Positions 42,623 to 54,919 of a DNA stretch of 64,000 nt are shown one piece after another; the first letter of the stretch is position 1, and each line of letters begins with the position of its first letter. The stretch comes from Scyliorhinus canicula (lineage: Eukaryota). The notes under the pieces are model-generated. The model had not been told where the DNA came from and did no database searches. It saw only the letters and a program-made list of their open reading frames with translations. A program made the position numbers and the translations under genes. The stretch spans positions 43,177,159 through 43,241,158 of the forward strand of contig NC_052158.1 of NCBI RefSeq assembly GCF_902713615.1. The letters are read 5' to 3'.

Positions 42623-44894
42623 GGTCAGAGACTGTCTTCAACCAAATCCATCTTTAACAAAACCGCAGAGTGGTTGAGGTTTTTGGCTTAACCAGCCGAA
42701 TTTCAGGGCGGCCGGTTTTATAAAGTTTCATCCTGGGAGCACAGAGGCTTTGATTTAAAGAACCAAATTTTAGGGCAGCCTGATTTTTGTGTAGCAGCAA
42801 TCCCCAATGTGTTTTAAAGGTAAATGTGGGATTGTCCCCAAGGGACCTTTTAAGAGGGGAAGAAAGAGAAAGGGGTGTGAGACAAATAAGTCGGGAATGT
42901 GGGAAAAATACATTTTTCAGCCCACGACCAACCGTGCACTATGAAGTAAGGGATAGAAGGTTAAGACCTGCCCAGGTAGTTTGGTATATAAGTAGCTATT
43001 CCAGACAGTGGAATGTCCAGGGAGCCAAAGGGAATTGTGTGGGATAGAAGAGGTGCGTATAGACTGCGGCGGGTGATGAATTTCATATCGATCCTAGTGG
43101 GTGGCCATTTTAGATGGCCATAGGTCTTTGTCTTTTTGGGTATCAATGAAATTGTGGCCTGCGATAGTGTAGGAAGCCCATTGCCAGTAAGTCTACGAAC
43201 ATGTCCCTTAGATGTCGGGCCAGAGTCTACGCAAATCATTTATAGAAGTTCACCAGGAACCTGTTGGGTCCTGGACCCTTTCCCGCCTGCATGAAGCTGA
43301 TGCTCTCTGATGATTTCTCCCAGGTCCATTGATGTTTCCAGCTCCCCCCATCTGTCTTCCTCCACAACTGGTATTTCCGGTCTGTCCAGGAACTGTTTCA
43401 TCCCCGTGTCCCTGTCGAGGGGGCTTGGAGGTGTACAGCCCTCGGTAGAAGATCTCAAATGCTCGATTTACCTTTTTTTGGTCTGCTACCAGTCTCCCTC
43501 TGTCATCCTTTATCTGTGCTATTTCCCTCGTGGCTGCCTGCTTTCTCAGTTGGTGAGCCAGTAGGCAGCCAGCCTTTCCCCGTGTTCGTCGAAGGTCCCC
43601 CGTGTCTGGTAGAGTTGGTACACTGCTTTCCTAGTGGATAGCAGGTTAAAGTCCATTTGCAGCTTTTTCCTCTCCGCCAGCAGCCCTACGGTCGGGGCCT
43701 TGGAGTACTTTGTCGATCTCCAAGATAGAGTCAATCAGCTGTTGCCTGGCTGCCCTTTCTACCATGTCTGTACATGCCTTGTAGGCTATTATTTCCCCTC
43801 TGACCACAGCCTTCAGTGCATCCCAGAACGTGGAGGGTGAGACCTCCCCGTTTTGGTTGTTACTCACGTAGTCGCCTATGGCCTGTGATATTTTCTGGCA
43901 GAATGCCTTGTCGGCCAGGAGATCCGTATCCAGCCTCCATGTGGGGCACTGGGCATGGCCCGATTCCAACTTCAAATCTACCTGGTGTGGAGCATGGTCG
44001 GAGATGACTATTGTCGATGTATCCGCTCCTACAATTCCTTGAAGCATCGATTTCCCCACTGCAAAGAAGTCAATATGGTTGTATACTTTGTGTTCTTGCA
44101 AAAAGAACGAGAATTCCTTTTCTCCTGAGTGCAGGAACTTCCATGGGTCCACAGCCCCATCTGCTACATAAATGCCCCCAGCTCCTTGGCCACGGCTGAC
44201 TTTATCCCCATTCTGGGGTTCGATCGGTTGGTCAGCGGGTCCTGTATGCAGTTAAAGCCGCTTCCCATTATCAGTTGGTGTGTGTAAATGTTGGGGATTT
44301 CTGCCATGCTCTTTTTTATAAAGTCTGTGTCATCCCAGTTGGGAGTGTACACATTTACCAGCACCACTGGTGCCCCTTCCAGGACACCGCTGACCATGAC
44401 GTACCGTTCCCCCTGGGTCCATGACCGTCCTAGTCTGTATAAATCACGTCCTCTTGCTGATCAGTATGGCTACTCCCCTAGCCCTTGTCCCATAGCATGA
44501 ATCTGTCCCACCCAGCCCTTCCTTACCAGCAGTCTGTCCTTCTCCCTCAGATGTGTCTCCTGTCAGTAGACTATGTCAGCCTTCAGGCTTCTCAGGTGGG
44601 CGAAGACTCTGGATATTTTCACTGGGCCGTTGAGTCCCCTTACGTTCCAGGTAACAATTCTGTTGGGGGGTTTCTGACTCCCCGGTCCTACTGGGTTCCC
44701 CATACTTACCCATACCCATTGCACTCCGGGGTTTTCCTTTGTTAGGAGGCCGGCCAAAATGGCCACGGTCGCAACTCTCACCATAAGGTCGGGCCCCAGC
44801 ACTCCAGGGTTTCCCTTTGTCCAGGGGCACCCAACATGGCTGCCAACTGTGGGAACGTCGTGTGGGTGTGCCCCTGCACTCTGGGGTTTCCCTT

Positions 44895-45262
44895 TATTTA
44901 GGTCTGTAAAATAATGAGGAGCATCGATAAGGTAGATAGTCAACATATTTTCCCAAAGGTAAAGGAGTCTAGAACTAGAGGGCATAGGTTTAAGGTGAGA
45001 GGGGAGAAATACAAAAGAGACCAGAGGGGAATATTTTTCACACACAGGGTGGTGAACATCTGGAACGAGCTGCCAGAGGCAGTGGTAGAGCCGGATATAA
45101 TTTTTTCTTTTAAAAATGTTAGACAGTTACATGGGCAGAGTGGGTATAGAGGGATATGGGCCAAATGCAGGCAAGTGGGTCTAGCTTAGTGATAGAAAAT
45201 GGACGGCATGGACAAGCTGGGCCAAAGGGCCTGTTTCCATGCTGTAAACATCTATGTCTCTA
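44895..45262 (+). mobile_element. CR1 3'-end fragment
   Basis: IFPKVKESRTRGHRFKVRG...FFTHRVVNIWNELP, followed by a 3' UTR. Confidence 0.85.
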
Positions 45263-46505
45263 TGATACTCCAAGGTGGCTGCTTGCGACGCCATCTTGAT
45301 TTCTCAGCCAGTTCTATGCCCGTGTCTGTATAGCTGCCAACCCTTTCCAATCTTACTGCCTGTCTGCTATGTGAGTTCCCTTCATCCCCCCCACTCCTTG
45401 TCTCCCCCTCCTCCTTGTCCCCCCCCATATTCTCCCTCCCTTTTGCCCTATTCCCCCGTCCCCTTGGCCAGACACTCCCTCTTCGCAGAGAGGTTTGCAA
45501 CGGCCCCATTTTACTGACTGTCTTCCCGTGCTAGCCCTCCCTGCTAGTTTGGTGGTTCCCCTCCCTGGGCTGGTTTAGCCCTGTCTCCCTTCCCTTCCTC
45601 GCCCCCTCACCTGCTTCCCCTGTCATGGCTCCCTTCTCTCCCTGTCTTCCAACTTTAAACTGAGAACGAGGGAGCACAGTCCCGCGCAAACACAGAGTCC
45701 ACACAGTTGTTCCTAGTTCCATTCTATCTTTCGCTTGCAGACCTTTTTTCCAGCTGCCTTCACTGCTGCCAGTTTTATTCCCTCTACAAATTGTTCGCTT
45801 TTGCCAACTTGTCGGCCTCCGCTGGGGTGCTGAAGTATTATTCCTCCCCCTGGCACGTAACCCAGAGTCTGGCTGGGAACAGCATGCTGAACCTCACCCC
45901 GTTCTCATACAGCGCCGATTTTGCCCTATTGAACTCGGCCCTCTTCTTTGCAAGGTCCATCCCAATGTCCTGATACACCCTGATTCTATGTCTTTCCCAT
46001 GAGCACGACTTTGTTTGTAGGGCCCATATAGGGACCTTTTCCCCTGTCCTGGTACCGATGCAACTTTGCGATTATCGCTCTCGGCGGCTCTCCAGTTTTG
46101 GGTTTTGGCCGGAGCGACCTGTGTGCCCTGTCGAGTTCTGGGGGGCTGGGGAAGCTGTCTCTCCCGACTAGGTTGCCCAATATTTGGGTGATGTAGTCTG
46201 TGGGTCTGTTCCCTCAATTCCCTCTGGTAAGCCCACAATACGGACATTTTGCCATCAGGACCTGTTTTCCTGGTCCTTGACCTTCCCCTTCAAATTTCCC
46301 TGGGCCACCACCAACCTCTTTACCTCTGACACCAGAGACACGATCCTGTCGCTCTGATCCGATGACGTCTTTTCCAGGTCCAGGATCGTCTTTTCCTGTG
46401 CTCCATCTTCTTCCCGAAGCCATCTATTGTGCGCTGGAGGGCGGCCATCGCTTCCATCGCCACTTCCTTCACCACCACCTAGAATTTCATTTTAATCGCC
46501 TCCCT

Positions 46506-49500
46506 CATAGAACATAGAACATTACAGCGCAGTACAGGCCCTTCGGCCCACGATGTTGCACCGTCCTGTGAAACCTCTCTAAAGTCCCTCTACACTATTC
46601 CCTTATCGTCCATATGCCTATCCAATGACCATTTGAATGTGTTTAGTGTTGGCGAGTCCACCACTGTTGCAGGCAGGGCATTCCACGCCCTTACTACTCT
46701 CTGAGTAAAGAACCTACCTCTGACATCTGTCCTATATCTATCTCTCCTCAATTTAAAGCTATGTCCCCTCGTGCTGGACATCACCATCCGAGGAAAAAGG
46801 CTCTCACTGTCCACTCTATCTAATCCTCTGATCATCTTATATGCCTCAATTAAGTCACCTCTTAACCTTCTTCTCTCGAACGAAAACAGCCTCAAGTCCT
46901 TCAGCCTTTCCTCATATGATCTTCCCTCCATACCAGGCAACATTCTTGTAAATCTCCTCTGTACCCTTTCCAATGCTTCCACATCCTTCCTATAATGTGG
47001 CGACCAGAACTGCACACAATACTCCAAATGCGGCCGCACCAGAGTTTTGTACAACTGCAACATGACCTCATGGATGCGAAACTCAATTCCTCTACCAATA
47101 AAAGCTAATACACCGTACGCCTTCTTAACAACCCTCTCAACCTGGGTGGCAACTTTCAGGGATCTATGGACATGGACACCGAGATCTCTCTGCTCGTCCA
47201 CACTACCAAGAATCTTACCATTAGCCCAGTATTCTGCCTTTCTGTTATTCCTTCCAAAATGAATCACCCCACACTTTTCTGCATTAAACTCCATTTGCCA
47301 CCTGTCAGCCCAGCTCTGCAGCTTATCTATGTCCCTCTGTAACTTGTAACATCCTTCTGCACTGTCCACAACTCCACCGACTTTAGTGTCACCTGCAAAT
47401 TTACTCACCCATCCTTCTACGCCCTCCTCCAGGTCATTTATAAAAATGACAAATAGCAATGGCCCCAAAACAGATCCTTGTGGCACACCACTAATAACTG
47501 GACACCAGTCAGAGCATTTCCCATCAACCACCACTCTTTGCCTTCTATCAGCTAGCCAATTTCTGATCCAAACTGCTAAATCACCCTGAATCCCATGCCT
47601 CTGTATTTTCTGCAATAGCCTACCGTGGGGAACCTTATCAAACACTTTACTGAAATCCATATACACCACATCAACTGCTTTACCCTCATCCACCTGTTGG
47701 GTCACCTTCTCGAAGAACTCAATGAGGTTTGTGAGGCACGACCTACCCTTCACAAAACCATGTTGACTATCTCTAATCAAATTATTCCTTTGCAGATGAT
47801 TATACATCCTATCTCTTATAAACCTTTCCAAGACTTTTCCCACAACAGAAGTAAGGCGCACTGGCCTATAGTTACCGGGGTTATCTCTACTCCCCTTCTT
47901 GTAGAAGGGGACAACATTTGCTATCCTCCAGTCCTCTGGCACTATTCCTGTAGACAAAGATGACTTAAAGATCAAAGCCAAAGGCTCAGTAATCTCCTCC
48001 CTAGCTTCCCAGAGAATCCTAGGATAAATCCATCCGGCCCAGGGGACTTATCTATTTTCACACTTTCCAGAATCGCTAACACCTCCTCCTTATGAACCTC
48101 AGCCCTTCTAGTCTAGTAGCCTGTATCTCAGTATTCTCCTCGACAACTTTGTCTTTTTCCTGTGTGAATACTGACGAAAAATACTCATTTAGCACCTCTC
48201 CTATCTCCTCGGACTCTACGCACAACTTCCCACTACTGTCCTTGACTGGCCCTACTCTTACCTTAGTCATTCTTTTATTCCTGACGTACCTATAGAAAGC
48301 TTTAGGGTTATTCTTGATCCTACCTGCCAAAGACTTCTCATGTCCTCGCTTGGCTCTTCTTAGCTCTCTCTTTAGAGCCTTCCTAGCTAACTTGTAACTC
48401 TCAAGCGACCCAACTGAACCATCATGTCTCATCTTCACATAAGCCTCCTTCTTCCTCTTGACAAGTGATTCAACTGCTTTAGTAACCCATGGTGCCCTCA
48501 CTCGACCACTTCCTCCCTGCCTAACAGGTACATACTTATCAAGGACACGCAGTAGCTGTTCCTTGAACATGTTCCACATTTCCATTGCGTCCATCCCCTG
48601 CAGTTTTCCGCTCCAGGCGATGCATCCTAAGTCTTGCCTCATCGCATCATAATTGCCTTTCCCCCAGCCTTTCCTGGGCAGCAGGGTAGCATGGTGGTTA
48701 GCATAAATGCTTCACAGCTCCAGGGTCCCAGGTTCGATTCCCGGCTGGGTCACTGTCTGTGTGGAGTCTGCACGTCCTCCCCCTGTGTGCGTGGGTTTCC
48801 TCCGGGTGCTCCGGTTTCCTCCCACAGTCCAAAGATGTGCGGGTTAGGTGGATTGGCCATGCTAAATTGCCCGTAGTGTCCTAATAAAAAAAAGTAAGGT
48901 TAAGGGGGGGGTTGTTGGGTTATGGGTATAGGGTGGATACGTGGGTTTGAGTAGGGTGATCATGGCTCGGCACAACATTGAGGGCCGAAGGGCCTGTTCT
49001 GTGCTGTACTGTGCTATGTTCTATGTTCTATAACTCTTGCCCTGCGGTTTATACCTATCCCTTTCCATCGCTAAAGTAAACGTAATCGAATTGTGGTCAC
49101 TATCACCAAAATGCTCACCTACCTCCAAACCTAACACCTGTCCTGGTTCATTATGCAGTACCAAATCCAATATGGCCTCGCCTCTTGTTGGCCTATCTAC
49201 ATACTGCATCAGGAAACCCTCCTGCACACATTGGACAAAAACGGACCCATCTAAAGTACTCGAACTAAAGTGTTTCCAGTCAATATTTGGAAAGTTAAAG
49301 TCCCCCATAACAACTGCCCTGTTATTTTCGCTCCTATCCAGAATCATCTTTGCAATCCTTTCCTCTACATCTCTGGAACTTTTCGGAGGCCTATAGAAAA
49401 GCCCTAACAGGGTGACCTCTCCTTTCCTGTTTCTTAACTCAGTATTCGAGTCCTCATCAAATGTCCTCTCAGCCACCGTAATACTGTCCTTGACTAACAA

Positions 49501-50455
49501 TGCCACCCTCCCCTCTCTTACCACCTTCCCTGAACTTACTGAAATATCTAAACCCCGGCACCTGCAACAACCATTCCTGTCCCTGCTCTATCCATGTCTC
49601 CGAAATGGCCACAGCATCAAAGTCCCAGGTACTAACCCATGCCGCAAGCTCACCCACCTTATTCCGGATGCTCCGGGCATTGAAGTAGACACACTTTAGA
49701 CCACCTTCCTTCCTTCCGGTACACTCCTGCAACTTTGGAACCTTACTCATGACCTCACTACTCTCAGCTTCTTGTGTACTGGAGTTACAATTCAGGTTCC
49801 CAATCCCCTGCTGAACTAGTTTAAACCCTCCCGAAGAGCATTAGCAAACCTCCCCCCGAGGATATTAGTACCCCTCTGGTCCAGGTGTAGACCATCCCGT
49901 TTGTAGAGGTCCCACCTACCCCAGAATGAGCCCCAATTGTCCAGGAATCTGAAACCCTCCCTCCTGTACCATCCCTGCAGCCACGTGTTCAACTGCTCTC
50001 TCTCCCTATTCCTCGACTCGCTAGCACGTGGCACGGGTAACAACCCAGAGATAATAACTCTTGTTTGTTCTAGCTCTAAGTTTCCACCCTAGCTCCCTGA
50101 ATTCCTGCCTTACATCCCTATCCCTTTTCCTACCTATGTCGTTGGTACCTATGTGGACCACGACTTGGGGCTGCTCCCCCTCCCCCTTAAGGACCCCGAA
50201 AACACGATCTGAGACATCGCGGACCCTGGCACCTGGGAGGCAACACACCAACCGCGAGTCTCTCTCATTCCCACAGAATCTCCTATCTATCCCCCTAACT
50301 ATGGAGTCTCCAATGACTAATGTTCTACTCCTTTCCCCCTTCCCTTCTGAGCAACAGGGACAGACTCTGTGCCAGAGACCTGTACCCCATGGCTGACCCC
50401 TGGTAAGTCCACCCCCCCAACAGTATCCAAAGCGGTATACCTGTTACATGGCGGT
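46506..50455 (-). mobile_element. Long CR1 LINE: partial ORF1 (SGNH esterase-like) and near-complete ORF2 with a few frameshifts
   Basis: CCLPGARV...VVHIGTNDIG (ORF1); YFNARSI, GDFNFP, SDHN (EN); RT frame 46590-47981; (CTATGTT)n tail. Confidence 0.92.
48676..49030 (+). mobile_element. tRNA-derived SINE inserted in the CR1
   Basis: Near-identical reverse complement of 3396-3746. Confidence 0.88.
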
Positions 50456-50806
50456 TAGTTCCTTTTTTAGGAAACTCTTCTATCCGTCCCCTGGTGTGGG
50501 GGAAAATATCGCTGTTCGCTCCTGTTCCGCCGTTCGAGTTGCCGGTCTTCCTGCTCCTGGTTCGCCGGGGCTTCCACCTCACCTCGTGGGTCCATTGGTC
50601 TGTCCGCCTGTTGCTCATGCCCCTTTCCGCCACTTCTGCCTTCTCGCCGGCTCTGCCGGCATGTTCTACTCCACTTCGTTGTTGTTCGCCCCGTTTGGGT
50701 TTGGGAGGGTTTTGGGTGGCCTTGTCGGCCAAAAATCTCAACAAATTCACTATTTTGGGTCTGATTGGGAGGAGAGCACATCACCGTCACCGGAAGTCCA
50801 TGTCCG

Positions 50807-51610
50807 AATACCCTTGAAGAACTTGGGACATTTGCTCTTCCCGATTACAGCCAATTTATAATTGTGTGTATCAGCTGCATAGGCACAACCAAGGAGAGTC
50901 AACTTATCACCCATTGGTGCATTCTCCCCAGCTATTGCTAGCATTTTCCGAGGGAGATATTGCCAGAACAAACTTGCTTCATCAGTTCTGTAAATTTGCT
51001 CAGGCAGAGAGTTGGCATCTGAAATGAACATTGCAAACTCATCAATAAATTTTTCAGCAGACGCTTTATCACCACAAACTTTTAAAACTTGATACCATGA
51101 CGCTTCTTGTATTTCTACAAGCAAACTGTCATATATGCCCACTCACTTCAAGCCTCAGTTCTTTGTTGTAGATCGTGCCTTGCTGCAGGATGAATGGGCC
51201 AGTCAGCAAAAACCTTTCACTCCTGTACTGACAAATCCAGTCCATCATGTTCATCATTTTTCAGTGAATTCAAAGACTTCCTATTATTCATTAACTTGTG
51301 TGAATCACTTTCAACATTAAGGGTGGAATTTTTCGGCTGTGCCCACACAGCATCCAGAAATTCCCACCCCACGTCACAGACTTTTACATGGTCCTCGTCC
51401 CATCCGTGGAGATCTAGCAACAGGTGCAGCCGAAGAATCCAGCTGAAAATTTCAACAATTTGCCTTTTTGCTTCTTTAAATTGTTTATGATGGTGATACC
51501 CATCCTCACTCAATTGCTTCATATACATCAAGTTACTGCAACAACATTTGATAACAAATTATGTTTCCTTTTCCTTTTCTCATTGTTAGCTTTGGTACAC
51601 GATGTTCACC
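50807..51610 (-). pseudogene. Tigger/Jerky-like transposase, N-terminal piece (HTH and start of DDE)
   Basis: NNEKRKRKH, MGITIINNLKKQKGKLLKF, PEQIYRTDEASLFWQYLPRK, KLTLLGCAYAADTH.YKLAVIGKSKCPKFFKG. Confidence 0.8.
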
Positions 51611-51654
51611 ACAAATATTGCAAGGCAAACAGTGCAGACAAACAGCAAGACTTT

Positions 51655-54640
51655 TAAGTTCATAAGATATAGGAGCAGAATTAGGCCATTTGGCCCATCG
51701 AGTCTGCTCCACCATTAGATTATGGCTGATATTTCCTCTTCCTCACTCTTCTGTCTTCTCCCTTTAGCCCCTGATCTCCATATAAATCAAGAAATCCCCA
51801 TATTGATCATGAACACCATATTTGTGCGTGGGGTGCTGTTACAGGGCTACAGACCAAGTGCTGGATGATGAAATCAGTCAGAATAGTTCTTCCTTAGAAC
51901 GAGGAGCGGGAGTAGCCAATTTACCCCCTCGAGCCTGCTCTACCATTTAATATGATCCTGGCTGATCTGATCATGGCCTCAACTCCACCGTGATGCCCGT
52001 TCTCCATAACCCTTCAACACATTACCAATTAAAAATCTGTCCAACTCCTCCTTAAATTTACTCACTGTCGCAGCATCCACCGCAGTCTGGGGGAGTGAAT
52101 TCCACAGATTCACAACTCTTTGGGTCCTGTTTCAAATTTGCTACCCCTTATCCTAAGACTATGACCTCTTGTCCTAGAATGCCCCATAAGAGGAAGCATC
52201 TGCTCCACATCTATTTTTCCATACCTTTTAGCATCTTGTATACCTCAATTTGATCTCCTCTCATTCTTCTAAATTCTAGAGAGTATAGGCCTAAACTGCT
52301 CAATCTCTCTTTGTACTCTCCTCACCACTGGAATCAACCAAGTAAACCTCCTCTGAACTGCCTCCAAAGCCACTACATCTTTTGTCAAATAAGGGAACCA
52401 AAACTGTGCACAATACTCCAGGTATAGTCTCACCAAATACCTGTAAAGTGGCAACAACATTTCCTTACATTTATACTCAATTCCTTTAGCTTTTAATGCC
52501 AGCAATCCATTTGCTTTCTTTATTACCTGCTGTACCTGCTTGCTAGTTTTCTGTGACTCCTGCATGAGGACACCCAGATCCCTCTGCACCAAAGCACCCC
52601 AAAGTCTGTTCCCATTTAGATAATAAGTTGCCTTTCCATTATTCCGACCAAAATGCATAACTTCACATTTATCCACATCAACTCCATCTGCTACATTTTG
52701 GCCCACTCTCCTAGGCTGTCTGTATCCTAACCATATATGGGCCAAAAGCACAAAAATGTGGTTAACTTAGATGAGCTTTCTGTTGGCATGGACCAATTTG
52801 GGCTGAAGGTCCTGTCTCCGTGCAGTAGATTCTATGATTCTATGTCCAAGGTAAGGTTCTTACTTCCTTATCGCAACTTACTGTCCCGACTTCCCACTCT
52901 AAAGGTTGGGTGCGCAGCTAGTGAGGTTTGTGCCTGCACAGGTCATGTCAGCTTAATTCAGGGACTTCCCGCACTAATGGCCGGGTGCGGTTGGCAAGGT
53001 TTGTTTCAGCTCGGGTCAGAGACCTCCTGTCCTTAATATCGATAACAAAGAACAAAGAAAATTACAGCACAGGAACAGGCCCTTCGGCCCTCCCAGCCTG
53101 CGCCGATCCAGATCCTTTATCTAAACCTGTTGCCTATTTTCCAAGGTCTACTTCTCTCTGTTCCCCACCCGTTCATATATCTGTCCAGATGCATCTTAAA
53201 TGATGCTATCGTGCCCGCTTCTACCACCTCCGCTGGCAAAGCGTTCCAGGCACCCACCACCCTCTGCGTAAAAATCTTTCCACGCACATCTCCCTTAAAC
53301 TTTCCCCCTCTCACCTTGAAATCGTGACCCCTTGTAACTGACACCCCTACTCTTGGGAAAAGCTTGTTGCTATCCACCCTGTCCATACCTCTCATACTTT
53401 TGTAGACCTCAATCAGGTCCCTCCTCAACCTCCGTTTTTCCAACGAAAACAATCCTAATCTACTCAATCTTTCTTCATAGCTAGCACCCTCCATACCAGG
53501 CAATATCCTGGTGAACCTCCTCTGCACCCTCTCCAAGGCATCCACATCCTTCTGGTAATGTGGCGACCAGAACTGCACGCAGTATTCCAAATGTGGCCGA
53601 ACCAAAGTCCTATACAACTGTAACATGACCTGCCAACTCTTGTACACAATACCCTGTCCAATGAAGGCAAGCATGCTGTATGCCTTCTTGACCACTCTAT
53701 CAACCTGCGTTGCCACCTTCAGGGTACAATGGACCTGAACTCCCAGATGCCTCTGCACATCAATTTTCCCCAAGACCCTTCCATTGACCATATAGTCCGC
53801 TCTTGAATTTGATCTTTCAAAATGCATCACCTCGCATTTGTCTGGATTGAACTCCATCTGTCATTTCTCTGCCCAACTCTCCAATCTATCTATATTTTGT
53901 TGTATTCTCTGACAGTCCTCCTCGCTATCTGCAACTCCACCAATCTTAGTATCATCTGCAAACTTGCTAATCAGGCCACCTATACCTTCCTCCACGTCAT
54001 TTATGTAGATCACAAACAACAGTGGTCCGAGCACGGATCCCTGTGGAACACCACTAGTCACCCTTCTCCATTTTGAGACACTCCCTTCCACCACTACTCT
54101 CTGTCTCCTGTTGCCCAGCCAGTTCTTTATCCATCTAGCTAGTACACCCTGAACCCCATACGACTTCACTTTTTCCATCAACCTGCCATGGGAAATCTTA
54201 TCAAACGCCTTACTAAAGTCCATGTATACGCCATCTACAGCCCTTCCCTCATCAATTAACTTTGTCACTTCCTCAAAGAATTCTATTAGGTTTGTAAGAC
54301 ATGACCTTCCCTGCACAAAACCATGTTGCCTATCACTGATAAGTCTATTTTCTTCCAGATGTGAATAGATCCTATCCCTCAGTATCTTCTCCAACAGTTT
54401 GCCTACCACTGACGTCAAGCTCACAGGTCTATAATTCACTGGATTATCCCTGCTACCCTTCTTAAACAAAGGGACAACATTAGCAATTCTCCAGTCCTCC
54501 TGGACCTCACCCGTGCTCAAGGATGCTGCAAAGATATCTGTTAGGGCCCCAGCTATTTCGACTCTCGCTTCCCTCAGTAACCTGGGATAGATCCCATCCG
54601 GTCCTGGGGCCTTGTCCACCTTAATGTCTTTTAGAATAAG
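51655..54640 (-). mobile_element. Cluster of CR1 fragments (51655-52730 older; 53045-54640 younger RT and 3' end)
   Basis: ORFs 52269-52751, 53117-53857 and 53861-54646 with CR1 RT motifs (GVPQGSVLGP, FADD). Confidence 0.88.
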
Positions 54641-54919
54641 GTCCAAAAGAAGTTTAGTTTTTGGATGTGCTCAGTTTTTGGATTTATGAACTTGACCCAT
54701 AGCAGCAAGATGGAATCCAGGAGACTTTCAAACAGTGCAAGTAAACATAAATTGACATGTGTCAAAACTATATACAATAGTTGTACATCTGTGCCACCTG
54801 TATGCTTGTGATTTTTCGTAATCTTTCTTTTCTTAGCACTACATGTAGGTACTGCCCTGACATCTACAACTGAGGTGGAGGCAACCTATTGATTGCTATG
54901 CCTAGTTGACTGTGAGAAC

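Larger units (their letters stand above)
31301..43122 (-). mobile_element. Old env-bearing LTR element remnant with no recognisable gag-pol
   Basis: GGTC on both sides (31297-31300, 43123-43126) rejoins the host L1 frame; 3' LTR 31301-32065 (TG...CA, minus-strand AATAAA near 31381-31386) preceded by AAGGATCAAGAAGATGGATA; only ~40 nt of a matching LTR end at 43081-43122. Confidence 0.75.
27950..50806 (-). mobile_element. One L1/Tx1-clade LINE split by nested insertions (pieces ~50460-50806, 45260-46505, 43123-44890, 31080-31300, 27950-30385)
   Basis: 9-bp TSD AATACCCTT at 27941-27949 and 50807-50815. Colinear pieces: 5' end, ORF1 (ELDRAHRSL, VYQDIG), EN (TWNVRGLNG, SDHAP), RT ([16 protein letters not shown]), C-terminus (QFKVVHR..C..C). 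Confidence 0.85.

Noticed and set aside
42625-43080. Possible integrase remnant or alternative 5' LTR of the env element
   Set aside because: No recognisable motif in translation and no similarity to the 3' LTR beyond the terminal ~40 nt; left unassigned.
44660-44890. Three ~60-bp imperfect repeats between L1 ORF1 and ORF2
   Set aside because: Probably a normal inter-ORF feature of this LINE family; nothing indicates a separate function.
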